A stretch of 37,477 nucleotides of DNA. Origin: a virus. This document shows positions 1 to 10,200 of this stretch, piece after piece. Both the position numbers and the translations under genes were made by a program. The first letter of the stretch is position 1, and the number at the start of each line of letters is the position of its first letter. The notes below the pieces were generated by a model that saw only the letters and a list, made by a program, of their open reading frames with translations, was not told the origin of the DNA and searched no databases. The stretch is taken from IMG/VR virus record IMGVR_UViG_3300045988_063029, positions 1 to 37,477 of that record; one strand, given 5' to 3'.

Positions 1-42
1 GACTCCAACGAGAATCGAACTCGTGATTCGACCTTGAGAGGG
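1..42 (-). repeat. attL core: displaced 3' fragment of a tRNA gene (direct repeat of 37436-37477)
   Basis: GACTCCAACGAGAATCGAACTCGTGATTCGACCTTGAGAGGG is repeated exactly at 37436-37477. The reverse complement shows a T-arm (ACGAG-TTCGATT-CTCGT) followed by the acceptor 3' strand TGGAGTC. Confidence 0.85.
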
Positions 43-142
43 CAATTTTATAAATTTCTTTCCTTTATTTCAACGATTTTATACCGCCTTTGCAAAATAA
101 TTTTGTAAAAAATATGTATATAATTCACATTCTAATATTGTT

Positions 143-165
143 TTGGTGGCGAAATTGGTGGCGAA
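143..165 (+). promoter_or_regulatory. Two tandem copies of TTGGTGGCGAA (143-153, 155-165): candidate arm-type integrase binding sites (P' arm)
   Basis: The same 11-mer occurs twice in tandem here and twice again at 37352-37375. All four copies have the same orientation and flank the att core in the circularised phage. Confidence 0.6.
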
Positions 166-223
166 GTTTTATTTAATAGCAAGATACTTCATTGATACAT
201 AGTTTTGTAGCTACTTTTTGCAA

Positions 224-251
224 TAAAAAAAGACCAGGGATTTCTCCCTGG
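224..251 (-). terminator. Rho-independent terminator after the lysis cassette
   Basis: The minus strand reads CCAGGGA-GAAA-TCCCTGG followed by TCTTTTTTT, directly downstream of the endolysin stop at 260. Confidence 0.8.
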
Positions 252-259
252 CTTAATCG

Positions 260-916
260 CTATTTAAGATATTTAGTTGCTACGTATCCAGTAGTTGTTT
301 TGTATTTAACCTTCGTCCATGAAGTTCCTTTTTTAACTACTTCTACCTTAATTCCTTTCGGAATCTTTCCAAGCTCTTTTGATTTCGCATTTGCAGCGCT
401 CCTGATCGTAAGAGGATCTTTCTTCGTATTTACTGTTGCATACGTTTTTTTCTTTGTGGCTTTCTTTTTAACCGCTGTAAGAAAAAGCTTTCGTTCTGCT
501 TTTCTTCTCCTGGTTAATCCATTTAATACTTTTCCGCCAGCTTTATTGTACTTGAGCATCTTTGATGCAATCGCTGTTCGTGATCTCGTTCCGTTTGCAG
601 TCAACGCATCAATACTTCCGATGTTGTATGCAAAACTTACTAATGCGTCAATCTCGTTCTGATTCCATTTATACTTGTTGTTATACTTCATAACTTTCGG
701 CAGATATTTTTTATTTAATGCTTTTTCAAGCCAGTTATCCGCTGTTTTTTCCGTAATCTTAAGCCCAGCTTGCACTGTTACTTTTGTAATCGCCTTATCT
801 GCATTTGTTATTCCGTAACCGATCGTCCAGACTCCGACTTCATCTTTGTAAGATTTTAGGTATAATCCTTCAAACTCTTTTACAAGTTTAATACATTTTT
901 TGCTTACTGTTGCCAT
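260..916 (-). CDS. Endolysin: GH24 (T4/lambda-type) lysozyme domain plus C-terminal SH3b-like cell-wall binding domain
   Basis: The N-terminus EFEGLYLKSYKDEVGVWTIGYG matches the GH24 E..D..T catalytic pattern. The Lys-rich linker is followed by a C-terminal domain (IRSAANAKSKELGKIPKGIKVEVVKKGTSWTKVKY) that resembles SH3b. The gene is adjacent to the holin. Confidence 0.85.
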   Translation of the reverse strand: MATVSKKCIKLVKEFEGLYLKSYKDEVGVWTIGYGITNADKAITKVTVQAGLKITEKTADNWLEKALNKKYLPKVMKYNNKYKWNQNEIDALVSFAYNIGSIDALTANGTRSRTAIASKMLKYNKAGGKVLNGLTRRRKAERKLFLTAVKKKATKKKTYATVNTKKDPLTIRSAANAKSKELGKIPKGIKVEVVKKGTSWTKVKYKTTTGYVATKYLK

Positions 917-918
917 AT

Positions 919-1410
919 TTATTCATCTCCCTTATCTGTGTCTTCCAGGATGTCTGCTTTGTTTTCCACTTGTGATCTGATATTTTTCACAAGTGGCTCT
1001 AAAAACGCTGGGATCTTTCCTCCTGCGTCTTTAATATTTTCCAAAATCGAAATAATCTCATTGCAATCAATCCAGACTGCCACAATGCACGCAACCAGGA
1101 AGGTAAACGGTAATGCTATTCCCATCATGCTAGTCGCATATACAAGCAATTGGTCAACGATTGCCCCAACAACTACAAGCAGCCACATGCATACTTTTTT
1201 AAAAATCCCTCGAATTGATTTATAAGAATTTATGTCTTCGGCCCTGTACTTGCTGGCAATCAGTCCTGTAATGTAGTCAACAATGTTACATAGAACCATT
1301 AAGTATACTGGGACTGCTAACACTCCAAGTAATGATGATAAAAAGGCAACTATCGCTGTAAGCATGATTTTAATATTGTTCGCCTGTTCCATTTTCTTCA
1401 TTTCCCTCAC
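919..1410 (-). CDS. Holin (Phage_holin_4_1-like, multi-TM)
   Basis: This is a small protein with 3-4 hydrophobic segments and a DYITG motif, immediately upstream of the endolysin. The listed start is GTG. In-frame ATGs at 1401 and 1392 (M-K-K-M) are more likely starts. Confidence 0.8.
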   Translation of the reverse strand: MREMKKMEQANNIKIMLTAIVAFLSSLLGVLAVPVYLMVLCNIVDYITGLIASKYRAEDINSYKSIRGIFKKVCMWLLVVVGAIVDQLLVYATSMMGIALPFTFLVACIVAVWIDCNEIISILENIKDAGGKIPAFLEPLVKNIRSQVENKADILEDTDKGDE

Positions 1411-1447
1411 TTTCCTTTCTTGGGTTAGAAAATTATTATTTACTGCA

Positions 1448-1472
1448 TAAAAATAAGACCTCTGCGGGTCTT
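1448..1472 (-). terminator. Rho-independent terminator between the DGR block and the lysis cassette
   Basis: The minus strand reads AAGACC-CGCAGA-GGTCTT followed by ATTTTTAT, downstream of the ORF ending at 1500. Confidence 0.65.
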
Positions 1473-1499
1473 GCTCTGATACTGTTCATTTTTTTGCTC

Positions 1500-2216
1500 C
1501 TATTGTTCTAATTGTTTTAATACTTCTGATCTAAATTCTTCTGGGATATTAACGCCATAGGTTATGTCGTTTAATCTATTTACATCCTCGATCGAATTGA
1601 TATAGATTTGCAGCGAATTCAAATATACTCTGTGATACATCACGTGCTTGTCCATTGCTTCTTTCAGTTTCAAGATATCTTCTTTACTAAATATCGTGTC
1701 AACCTCATTGTCTGCATGATATGGCAATAATGTATCGCCAGCATTCGCACGTGCTGCAAGTAAATTTATATATGTCTGATTTTGCTCTGTAAATGAAAAA
1801 TGACCTTTGACTGCGTTTAATTCAAGGTCTAATCCTATTGTTATGATCTGATTGCATTCATTGGTCATTTCTTTTATTTTTCCAGATCTTATAAATTCAA
1901 GATCCTTTGTATTTTCTTTTTTCTTTTCTGTATCATTGGATACTTCCTGCTCCTGGTTAAGTGCCGTGATGATCCCATCATAAATACTCTTGGATGTTAT
2001 TTCTTCCAGAATTACAGTTTCGTAGTCCCCTGCTTCTTTTGGCATATCATCCCAGTCTTTTACGTGGTAGATTCTAATACCATTTCTTTGTATAATTCCT
2101 TGCGGATTATCATCTTTATTACATCTTAAAAACATTTTTGCATTTTGATCATATTTTACATATTGTAATTGTTCATATGCATCAATGATTTTTCCATTTT
2201 TTACTGCCTTATACAT
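1500..2216 (-). CDS. Hypothetical phage protein. The C-terminal half resembles DUF4376-type tail-fibre-associated domains.
   Basis: The 238-aa ORF has a start that overlaps the RT stop by 16 nt (2201-2216), implying co-transcription and coupling. It lies between the tail-fibre/DGR region and the holin. The family call is from memory only. Confidence 0.55.
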   Translation of the reverse strand: MYKAVKNGKIIDAYEQLQYVKYDQNAKMFLRCNKDDNPQGIIQRNGIRIYHVKDWDDMPKEAGDYETVILEEITSKSIYDGIITALNQEQEVSNDTEKKKENTKDLEFIRSGKIKEMTNECNQIITIGLDLELNAVKGHFSFTEQNQTYINLLAARANAGDTLLPYHADNEVDTIFSKEDILKLKEAMDKHVMYHRVYLNSLQIYINSIEDVNRLNDITYGVNIPEEFRSEVLKQLEQ

Positions 2217-3331
2217 AGTCTTTCCTTTCCGAAAAGGTTAGAGTACAATTCTTCCATGTTTTTGATTGTATAATATGCGTTAAAATGTCTTGCGTATGAT
2301 CTCCAACTCTGAAAAGCACTCCACGCATCCTTTTCTGTCATTCTTCCAGCCTCACAGAATTTCTTTAACTTCTTTAGTTTTCTCCTTTCTCTTGTTACAC
2401 TTTTCTTGTAAATTTTCTTTACAATCTTTCCTGATGGTGTCAAGAAGAATCTTCCTTTCAACCATGTAAAACCATGACTAAGTTTTACTATTTGAGTCTT
2501 TTTGTCATTCAGAATAATTCCAAGTTTTTTACATTCCTCTTTTATGACATTCAGGCATTGTTTTAAATATTTTTTATCTGGATGAATCAAATAGCCATCA
2601 TCCATATATCTACCATAATATTTCACTTTTAGTTCTTCTTTAATCAAATGATCCAATTTATTACATGATGCAAGTGCTAGTGTTTGGCTGATCTGTGATC
2701 CAAGTCCAAGCCCTTTGTTTCCTTGAAAGCAATCAATAAAATGATTTATCAAATCAATAGTCCTTTGATCTTTAAATGATTTTTGAACGATTTCTTTAAT
2801 CACATCATGTGATACATTATCAAAAAACTTGCTAAAATCAAATAACAAAATATAGCCATCTGTGCAATATTTTCTATAATGATATTGTAAATGTCTAATC
2901 ATACGATTCATAGCAAAATGATATCCTTTGTTTTTGATTGATGCTCCATTGTCATAGATAAAGCTTCCTTCAATCACTGGTACTAACGCGTGATCGCAAA
3001 GGCACCTTTGAACAATGCGTTCTTCAATCTTCACGCTTTTAATCTTCCGCTTTTTCCCTCTTTCAAATAAATCAAATTCACAGAATCCTTTGCTTCTAAA
3101 TTTTCCATTCATCAATTCTTTTCTCGTTTGATAAACATTTAACGGTGCTTGTACGATGTATTTTTGTGTTGATGCCTTCCATCCAACATTTCTTCTACAT
3201 CGAATATAAGATTTATAAAGATTTTCATAAGAAAAAAGCTCATTAAAAGAAAGAAGCTTTTTCTTTTTCTTAACTTCTCTTCTTTCTTTTCTTCTTTTAT
3301 ATCTTACTTCTTTTCTCTCTTCGCTCGTCAT
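2201..3331 (-). CDS. DGR reverse transcriptase
   Basis: The RT palm motifs are present: FDFSKFFDNVSH, GLGLGSQISQ (the DGR-typical I/LGxxxSQ motif) and YMDD. The RBS AAGAGGT precedes the start. A TR/VR pair and avd lie immediately upstream. Confidence 0.9.
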   Translation of the reverse strand: MTSEERKEVRYKRRKERREVKKKKKLLSFNELFSYENLYKSYIRCRRNVGWKASTQKYIVQAPLNVYQTRKELMNGKFRSKGFCEFDLFERGKKRKIKSVKIEERIVQRCLCDHALVPVIEGSFIYDNGASIKNKGYHFAMNRMIRHLQYHYRKYCTDGYILLFDFSKFFDNVSHDVIKEIVQKSFKDQRTIDLINHFIDCFQGNKGLGLGSQISQTLALASCNKLDHLIKEELKVKYYGRYMDDGYLIHPDKKYLKQCLNVIKEECKKLGIILNDKKTQIVKLSHGFTWLKGRFFLTPSGKIVKKIYKKSVTRERRKLKKLKKFCEAGRMTEKDAWSAFQSWRSYARHFNAYYTIKNMEELYSNLFGKERLCIRQ

Positions 3332-3552
3332 ATTTACCTCTTATTCATTTGTACAGATATAATCCTGATTTTCCGCATATCTGCATAGCGATACTGGGAA
3401 TGAAACGGAAGATTATCAGGCAACTTCCGCCATGCAAGCAGCGTCCTCCCAATCGCATCAAATGTTATATTTACCTTTTTAGGAAGGTCATATTCTCCTT
3501 CTATCTTCTATTCTCACTGCTTTCGCCTTGTGGTTACTTGGTCTGAAAAAAT

Positions 3553-3662
3553 AGAATCCAACGCACACGCCATAGCCGCCGGTAGCATTATTACTATTGA
3601 TATTACCATTGTTATTGACATTGCGAAAAGACACCGCACCGCCTGCATCCGCAGACCTCAGT
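3553..3662 (-). repeat. DGR template repeat (TR), non-coding
   Basis: Positions 3558-3661 align without gaps to 4231-4334 (104 bp). The 6 mismatches are all at plus-strand T, which is coding-strand A, in the TR. The TR reading frame carries 8 AAY codons. The outer boundaries (3553, 3662) are less certain. Confidence 0.92.
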
Positions 3663-3689
3663 GTCACACAGAATATAACCTGTTTTTAA

Positions 3690-4100
3690 TTATTTTAAGA
3701 ATTTTTGAAATCTTTTTCTGTCTTTTGTCATAGCACCTTTAATCAAATTAATCTGAGTTGCTATTAACTCTGACCATTCTTCTAAAACCTTCGTTTCAAA
3801 ATGTATTAATTCATATGCAACCTCAATCTGTGATACTAAATTTTGACATTCCACATATGCTTTTAAGAAAAACTCTCTTCTTATTTGAACTTCTCTTGCA
3901 TTTGTCGGATAAATGCTGTTTGCCTTTTTGGTGTTTGCATATATTTGCGTTGCAGCATCTGCAAGATGTTGTCCCAAATAAAATGTATACCTTTTAGGAA
4001 TTGTATTTACACAACGCCTAATTGTATATATTTCAAGCTTTCTTGCGTTATTTAAAAACTCCATTTCTGAAAGTCCTCTTTGGCTTTTGATCACGCTCAT
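3690..4100 (-). CDS. avd: Accessory variability determinant (Avd-like four-helix-bundle protein)
   Basis: This small helical basic protein lies between VR and TR, the canonical avd position. The IPKRY segment resembles the Avd IPRKH region. GGAGG lies 8 nt upstream of the ATG at 4100. The ORF track start at 4115 has no RBS. Confidence 0.75.
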   Translation of the reverse strand: MSVIKSQRGLSEMEFLNNARKLEIYTIRRCVNTIPKRYTFYLGQHLADAATQIYANTKKANSIYPTNAREVQIRREFFLKAYVECQNLVSQIEVAYELIHFETKVLEEWSELIATQINLIKGAMTKDRKRFQKFLK

Positions 4101-4186
4101 TACTTCATCCTCCATGTGTCAGTATATCATATTTTTGTTTTTGAATCGACCGCCTTACGGCGGTTGATATATTGACTGCTTTTTTT

Positions 4187-4208
4187 CTGCCGGGACATAG
4201 CCCGGCAG
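4187..4208 (-). other. GC-rich hairpin/cruciform just downstream of VR (candidate DGR target-recognition element)
   Basis: CTGCCGGG-ACATAG-CCCGGCAG forms an 8-bp GC-rich stem that ends 10 nt (4208) from the target-gene stop codon (4218-4220). On the transcribed strand it is followed by A residues, not U, so it is not an intrinsic terminator. Confidence 0.6.
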
Positions 4209-4217
4209 ATAATCTGA

Positions 4218-7200
4218 TTAAACCGAGAAGCCAACGCACACGCCATAGCCGCCGGTAGCATTAGTACTATAGATACTACCATAGTTATTGACACCGCGAA
4301 AAGACACCGCACCGCCTGCATCCGCAGACCTCAGCCAATAATCCCATACTGATCCTGTACCGTTATAGATGCACTTTTTCCTCGAATTGTTGTCAGTGTA
4401 GCATGAGAACGTCACTTCTTCTGCTTCTGTTGAAACTTCGTTTTTATAAGGAACTGCCGTTAGCTCAGCTCCCACTTCACAAATTGACGGAATTCTCAAG
4501 TGATCCTGTGATGTTGTTATCGTCGTTGATTGGTTTCCGGCACTTGCCAGCGTATCCGACAACGCGATAAAGTTTCTCCATTGCGGTGGCAGCATAGGAT
4601 ATAATGTTTTATTCATCCATTCTCTTAGCGCGCTCTTATCCCATCCTCCTTTATTCGTTGCGGTCTTATTCATTTGTTGTCTGATTCCGAGCACACCAAT
4701 CATGTAGAAATCACCATTCGTCATTCCTGTTCCCGATGACAATGCGTAATGTCCTTTGGAATGATATCTAAATACAATACTTTCGTCCGGAATAATCTCG
4801 TTCTCTTTTGCTTTCTGCGGTACCATTTTGATTAATGCCGCCGGGGTGAATCCGTATTCTACAGCTTTGCCCATTTTAAAAATTGAGTAAAACTCTCCGA
4901 ACGTGTATGCAGATTTATCTTTTGGATCATCGCTGTAAGCATAGTCATACTGTGTTAAATCCTTGATCTGTCCTGGTAGCTGTGGGTAGATGTACGTTGC
5001 GTTAATGTCCATGTCTTGCGTAACGTCGTCCGCTGTCTTGTCCCATCCAATCCATACATATCCGGATTTTTCAAGGTCTTTTCCTTCGTAGATACAAGAT
5101 CCATGAGCTTTTACATTATGGATCTCGATTACTTCTCCTTCGTTCAGGTATCTTACAACGTATGCCCTTGTCTGTGATGTAAACAATGCTGTTACCGTTG
5201 TATCTTGTGTGATATTTTCAATCGGCACGTCCCATTTGAAGAAAGTATACACATTATCCTGGTCCGGCTCTTTGATCGGTGTCCCAATATATCCTACCTG
5301 GATCGGATCTTGTGCAGCTCCTCCATGCTCAACCTTTTGTGTATTCAGTGTTGTTCCATCCCAGTTCTTAAATGTTACTGTATGCTCTTCCAATAGCTGA
5401 CCGTATGTAAATGTTACTGTTCTGATCGCATCTGACAATTCTTTGTACTTTGTCGGCGAAATTCCGTCAAAATAAACAGATCCTGTCAATACTCCGTTTT
5501 CTGTGTTATGGCCATCGTCGTCAATACCATTCGCTTCATGTAATCTCATTAATGTCCTGTAGGCTTTGACCGTTGTCCTCCAATCAATGTCAATCAATCT
5601 TACTCTTGTCAGGTTTTCCGCGTTCATGGCAATTGTTAAAGTGTCAAGTGCTGGGCTTCCTGAAACATTCAATGTTGTTAAAAGATTGTACGCTTGTAAT
5701 GTAAATTCTTTTACATACATCAGGTTTTTTGCAAAAATTGATGTAACTGCATTCAGTTTTGCTTTTTGCAATCGCTGGTATGGTGCAAATGTGACGCCTG
5801 TGATTCCGCTTCCTCTTGTATAGCACTCTTTTACGTTAATGTTATTGCTAAGATCTAGCTCCTGCGCCAGTGCTGGGCAGTTTTCAACATTGATGTACTC
5901 CAAGGATGTCGCGTTTTTTACAGTTACTTCTTTCATATTTGTATTAACGTACCCATCTGTACTTGAGCCGATCTGTGCTCGTTTTAGTTTTTTACAACTT
6001 GCAATGTCTGTGTATCCAGGATATAAGCATGACAGGTCTCCAAGATCCTGAATAAATGCAGCGTTTCTAATATAGATTTCTGTGTCATTCATCTGCGGTA
6101 CGCCCAACTGTAATTCAACTGCTTTTCCCGCCGTTGTTCGTTTCTGCGTCGTTCCGGACCCAGCTTTTACAGTTATCCATAAGTCACTGTAAGGTGTGAT
6201 CGTCATCTTGCTTTCTGGTGTGATCACAAGATTCCCACTTGTTGGTGTGTACCCTCGAATCGTTGCGCTTTCTGCCGTTGCGTAGGGACTTATAAAGTAA
6301 GAGCTCATAAATGCTCTTTGGTAGTGTAAAAACTGTCGCCTTTGCAGTCTCTTCTGCCCATTCAGCATCGGAATGTATGCAGACGTTCCAAGGACTGTGT
6401 ATGTTTTAATGTCTTTCCGCCACACATCTTCAATCCATAGTGATTCTGCTGCAAGCGACTGTATTTCTTCGCAGTGATCTGCAAACGCATCAAGATCCCA
6501 TGCTCCAGCATTTTCACGATTGATGTACATGTTTGCCAATTCCTGTGGAAACGCTTTCCACATCATCTGAAAGACGGTTGCATCTGCTGCGTTAAATACG
6601 TCTCTGGTTCCAATCTTATCGTAATCCATGTACCCATACTTAAGTGTTAAGCCACCCTCGTTGTCGTTCCCCATTGCTGTATCATTATCATACGCAAAAC
6701 ATAGATTCCATTTTCCAGATAATTTACTGTATCCCCAGAAAGTGTTCTTCGCTCTGTTGTCGACCTGGCTAAATACCAGAGTGATCAGTACGTGCCACAT
6801 TACGGAATCTACAATCATGTGATCTGCTGCTTCTTTCCTGAATTTTGCAATCCTATACTCCTTTGAATCCACTGAAAAAGCCTGGCCGTCAATTGTCACT
6901 ACACTTGGCAGTGTTTTGTTTGTTGCTGCGTCTGCATTGCAAGATACTACCCATGTCAAAAAGTCTTTCCACAATTGCTTTGCTTCTTCTTCATTTTGTG
7001 ACTCCGCAAGGTGTCTAAATTCAAAGTTTGTATCTCCGTCCCATGTCTCTGTCGAAAGATCAGCAGACTTCATTCGGCACTGATTGGATGTATTGTTTGC
7101 TACCTCAATAACGATCACATCGTCTGTTTCATTTTGTGCAAATACATCCAGATTCTTTTTCGAATTGTTGATATTCCCCAACGAATAGAAAACTGTTTCA

Positions 7201-10200
7201 TCTGGTGCTACTGTCATAGGTCCAACCTGTACCGCTTCATTTCCAGTGTTGTGAAAAAATAAAGCTGCCATGTGTCCCTCGACTGTATCTCTTACCTTTT
7301 TATTTATTTGCTTTGCTGGTCGTGTATATGGCTGATATGTATTGTACCAGTCAGATACCAGAATGTTATTAATATGCTCCTGTGATGCAACATTAGTTTT
7401 AAAATTCAGGTAATTAACCCCGATAGAATTATCTGTCATGGCATATGTGTCAACGTGGCTTCCATCTTCAAGATCAAATCCATTTTTAAAATTAAAGTCT
7501 TCATTGCATCCGGCCTGTACATATCCAAGGGATGATGTACCCTGTGCCTTCTGTTCTACGTTTGTTGCTGTCCATGAATGTGCTGCGCCACCTTTTACAT
7601 ATTTATGCGTAACGCTTCCTGTGATCTTCTGGCTTTTTGCCGTTGATACATTCGGAGCATGCCACGTGAAAACGTGCAGACCTGGATTGAGCGTTGCAAC
7701 TTTATCAGGATCCAAGTTTCCAGAGGAATCATAAAGCTGATTCCTGTCATGTCTTGCCATGATCTCAGCCCCATCTTTCCCATCTGCGCAGAAGTTTGCC
7801 TTGATCTCGTCTGTTGTAAGATCTCGACTGTATACTCTAATCATGTAGATAACCACATCACAATCATCAGACCCGATTGTGATTCCTACAGGTGTTGTCT
7901 GTTTCAAGTTGTCATTGCTTGCATAGATTGCTGCTTTTGCTGGTGTTCCTCTTTCCCACAGCATCACCAGGCGATTTTCTGAATCCGGTTCAATGTTCAC
8001 TTCTGCTTCTGTCTTGTACCCCTCACATAATGGATATTCAAGCGTTGTCTGCTCGGTTTTCACTGTCATCGAATTGGCTTTCATACTTAATCCAATGTTG
8101 TTATTCATGCATGTAATTGCCTGCGCATCAAACAATGAGCTGTTTTCAACCTTGTAAATAAATTTAAAGTTTCGCCCATCTTTTCTTGCATCCGTTCCAA
8201 ACAATTTATAATCCAGTGTAATCCTGTCACCTTTTACTACCTTGATACATCGGATTCCTTCTGGATCCGTCTGTAATCCACCGTTATGCGTATCAAAATT
8301 TTCGGAAAGTGTCAGACCACTGACTATTTTTAGATCTGTGATCTTGTTCGGATCAATCTTTAATACAAGACTGTCTGTGATCTCACTGATATCAGATGAT
8401 AGTGCAGAGACTTCAATCGTCTTTTCCCACCTCTTTCCATCACATTCAATTGCAAGTTTTAGCGTTCCTGCATCCGTTGTTCTATAACTCCAGATGTGTT
8501 CCGATTGATCTACGCTTTCGGTTGACTGTAGAGTGTCATTAATGTAAAAATTTACTGTTGTCGGATTGGCAGAGCTTAATACTCTGTATGGGATTGCCAG
8601 TGTCGCGTACTGGTCGACCTTTTTCTCTGTCAGTTTGGCTGCAACGACTGTCCCACCACCATCTTGTGCAACCGCACACGTGAGTGTGTCAGATGTTAAC
8701 GTCACGCCGTTCAGTGACATTGTCCCGTACACGCTTACCTCATGTGCTCCAGCTGTAAGTGTTGTGCTAAACACAATCCTTCGCCCTGTCGTTGTTACCT
8801 CCTGCATGCTTTGTTGGATGCCGTCTACCGTCAAATAAATTCTTTTTACTCCTGATCCTGTTGGCGTTACGTAAATTGTCAACACTCCACTGTTCTTCTC
8901 GGTGTTTCCAAGATTCCAGTCTAACGTAAATGATTCCATTGTGATCGTTAACGTTCTTGTCGCTGTTGCTCCATATGTATCGGTCATTGTAAGCTTGACC
9001 GTATTGGCGCCGCTTGAAAGATGCTCAAAAATGTCCAATGTGATATTGTCGCCCTGTTCAATTGTTTTGTTCTCTTTCAGGATTCCTCCGACATAGATTG
9101 ATAAGTTTCCAGCCCCTGTTGGTGTCTGTGTCGTTGCGTCCAATGATGAGAATTTAAACTTGATTGGTGCTGTTCCATTTGTCTGTAAAACTGAAAATGC
9201 CGCCGGCGAGTACATTGCAAATACGAGTTTGGATCCGGAACTAGATCCCCCACCTGTCCCTATAAAGATTGGATCAAATCCTTCAATGTCTGTCCCGTCC
9301 TGTGTCAGGTGTAGATATCCATCTTCGCTCATATACCCAGAATTAAAAGCAAGCCCACCACTTCCTGATCCAGTTCCTACTGTGATACCGTCGCTTATGA
9401 TCTCGCCATTGTTTGTAAGGTATAACTTCCCATCTTCCATCCGGAAACCATTCGCATAATTGTTCGAGCTTTTTGTCAGTAGCTCTATGTTGTTCGTAAG
9501 TAGCCGAATTGCATCTTGTAAAGCATCTGTATCTTTTTCATTATCGATAATTCTTGACCTGAATTCTTCATTGAGCTTATCAAATGATACTGCCCCGTCT
9601 GCGATTTTTTTCGTTTTAATAGCTCCGTCTGCGATTTTTTCTGTTGTCACACTCTCGTTTGCCATCTTCTCGGATGTGATCGATCCGTCTTTAATTTTTC
9701 TTTCTGTTACAGAATTATCACTGATCTTATCTTCTGTTACTGCCTGATTTCCAATTTTTTCAGATGTCACAGATGAGTCTTGCAGCTTTTTTGACGATAC
9801 TGAGCTATCTTTTAATTCATCCGTAGAAACTGATTGATACTGAAGTTTCTTCCCTGTTACTGTTCTGTCACTGATCTTATCTTCTGTTATTGCTCCATCT
9901 GCAATTTTTTCACCTGAAATGCTTCCATCTGCAATCTGTGCAGCCTGGAACTCTCCCTGTGCTTTCCATGCTCCATTCGTATAAACGTACCAGTTTCCGT
10001 AGACGTAACCTGCTTCTGATCCGTAATAGACGTAGATCTTTGATGTGTCTGTCATTTCCGCTGCTGTTTTTGCAGATAGTGGTGCTCCATACTGGTTTTT
10101 GTCTGCTTTAGTCTGCTTTAGGTTTTCAATGTCCTTCTGTATATCATCCAGTACGCCCAGTTCGTTTTCACTGACTGTCGCAGATTTTAATAAAGATTTT

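Noticed and set aside
2201-3331. RT as a retron or group II intron RT
   Set aside because: I saw no intron RNA domains, no maturase/En extension and no msr/msd-like inverted repeats. The SQ motif, the adjacent avd and an adenine-specific TR/VR pair fit a DGR instead.
3530-3733. 67-aa plus-strand ORF across the TR, and the 64-aa ORF at 4127-4321
   Set aside because: Both are simply the TR and VR repeat read in another frame or strand. They have no RBS, and the region is explained by the DGR.
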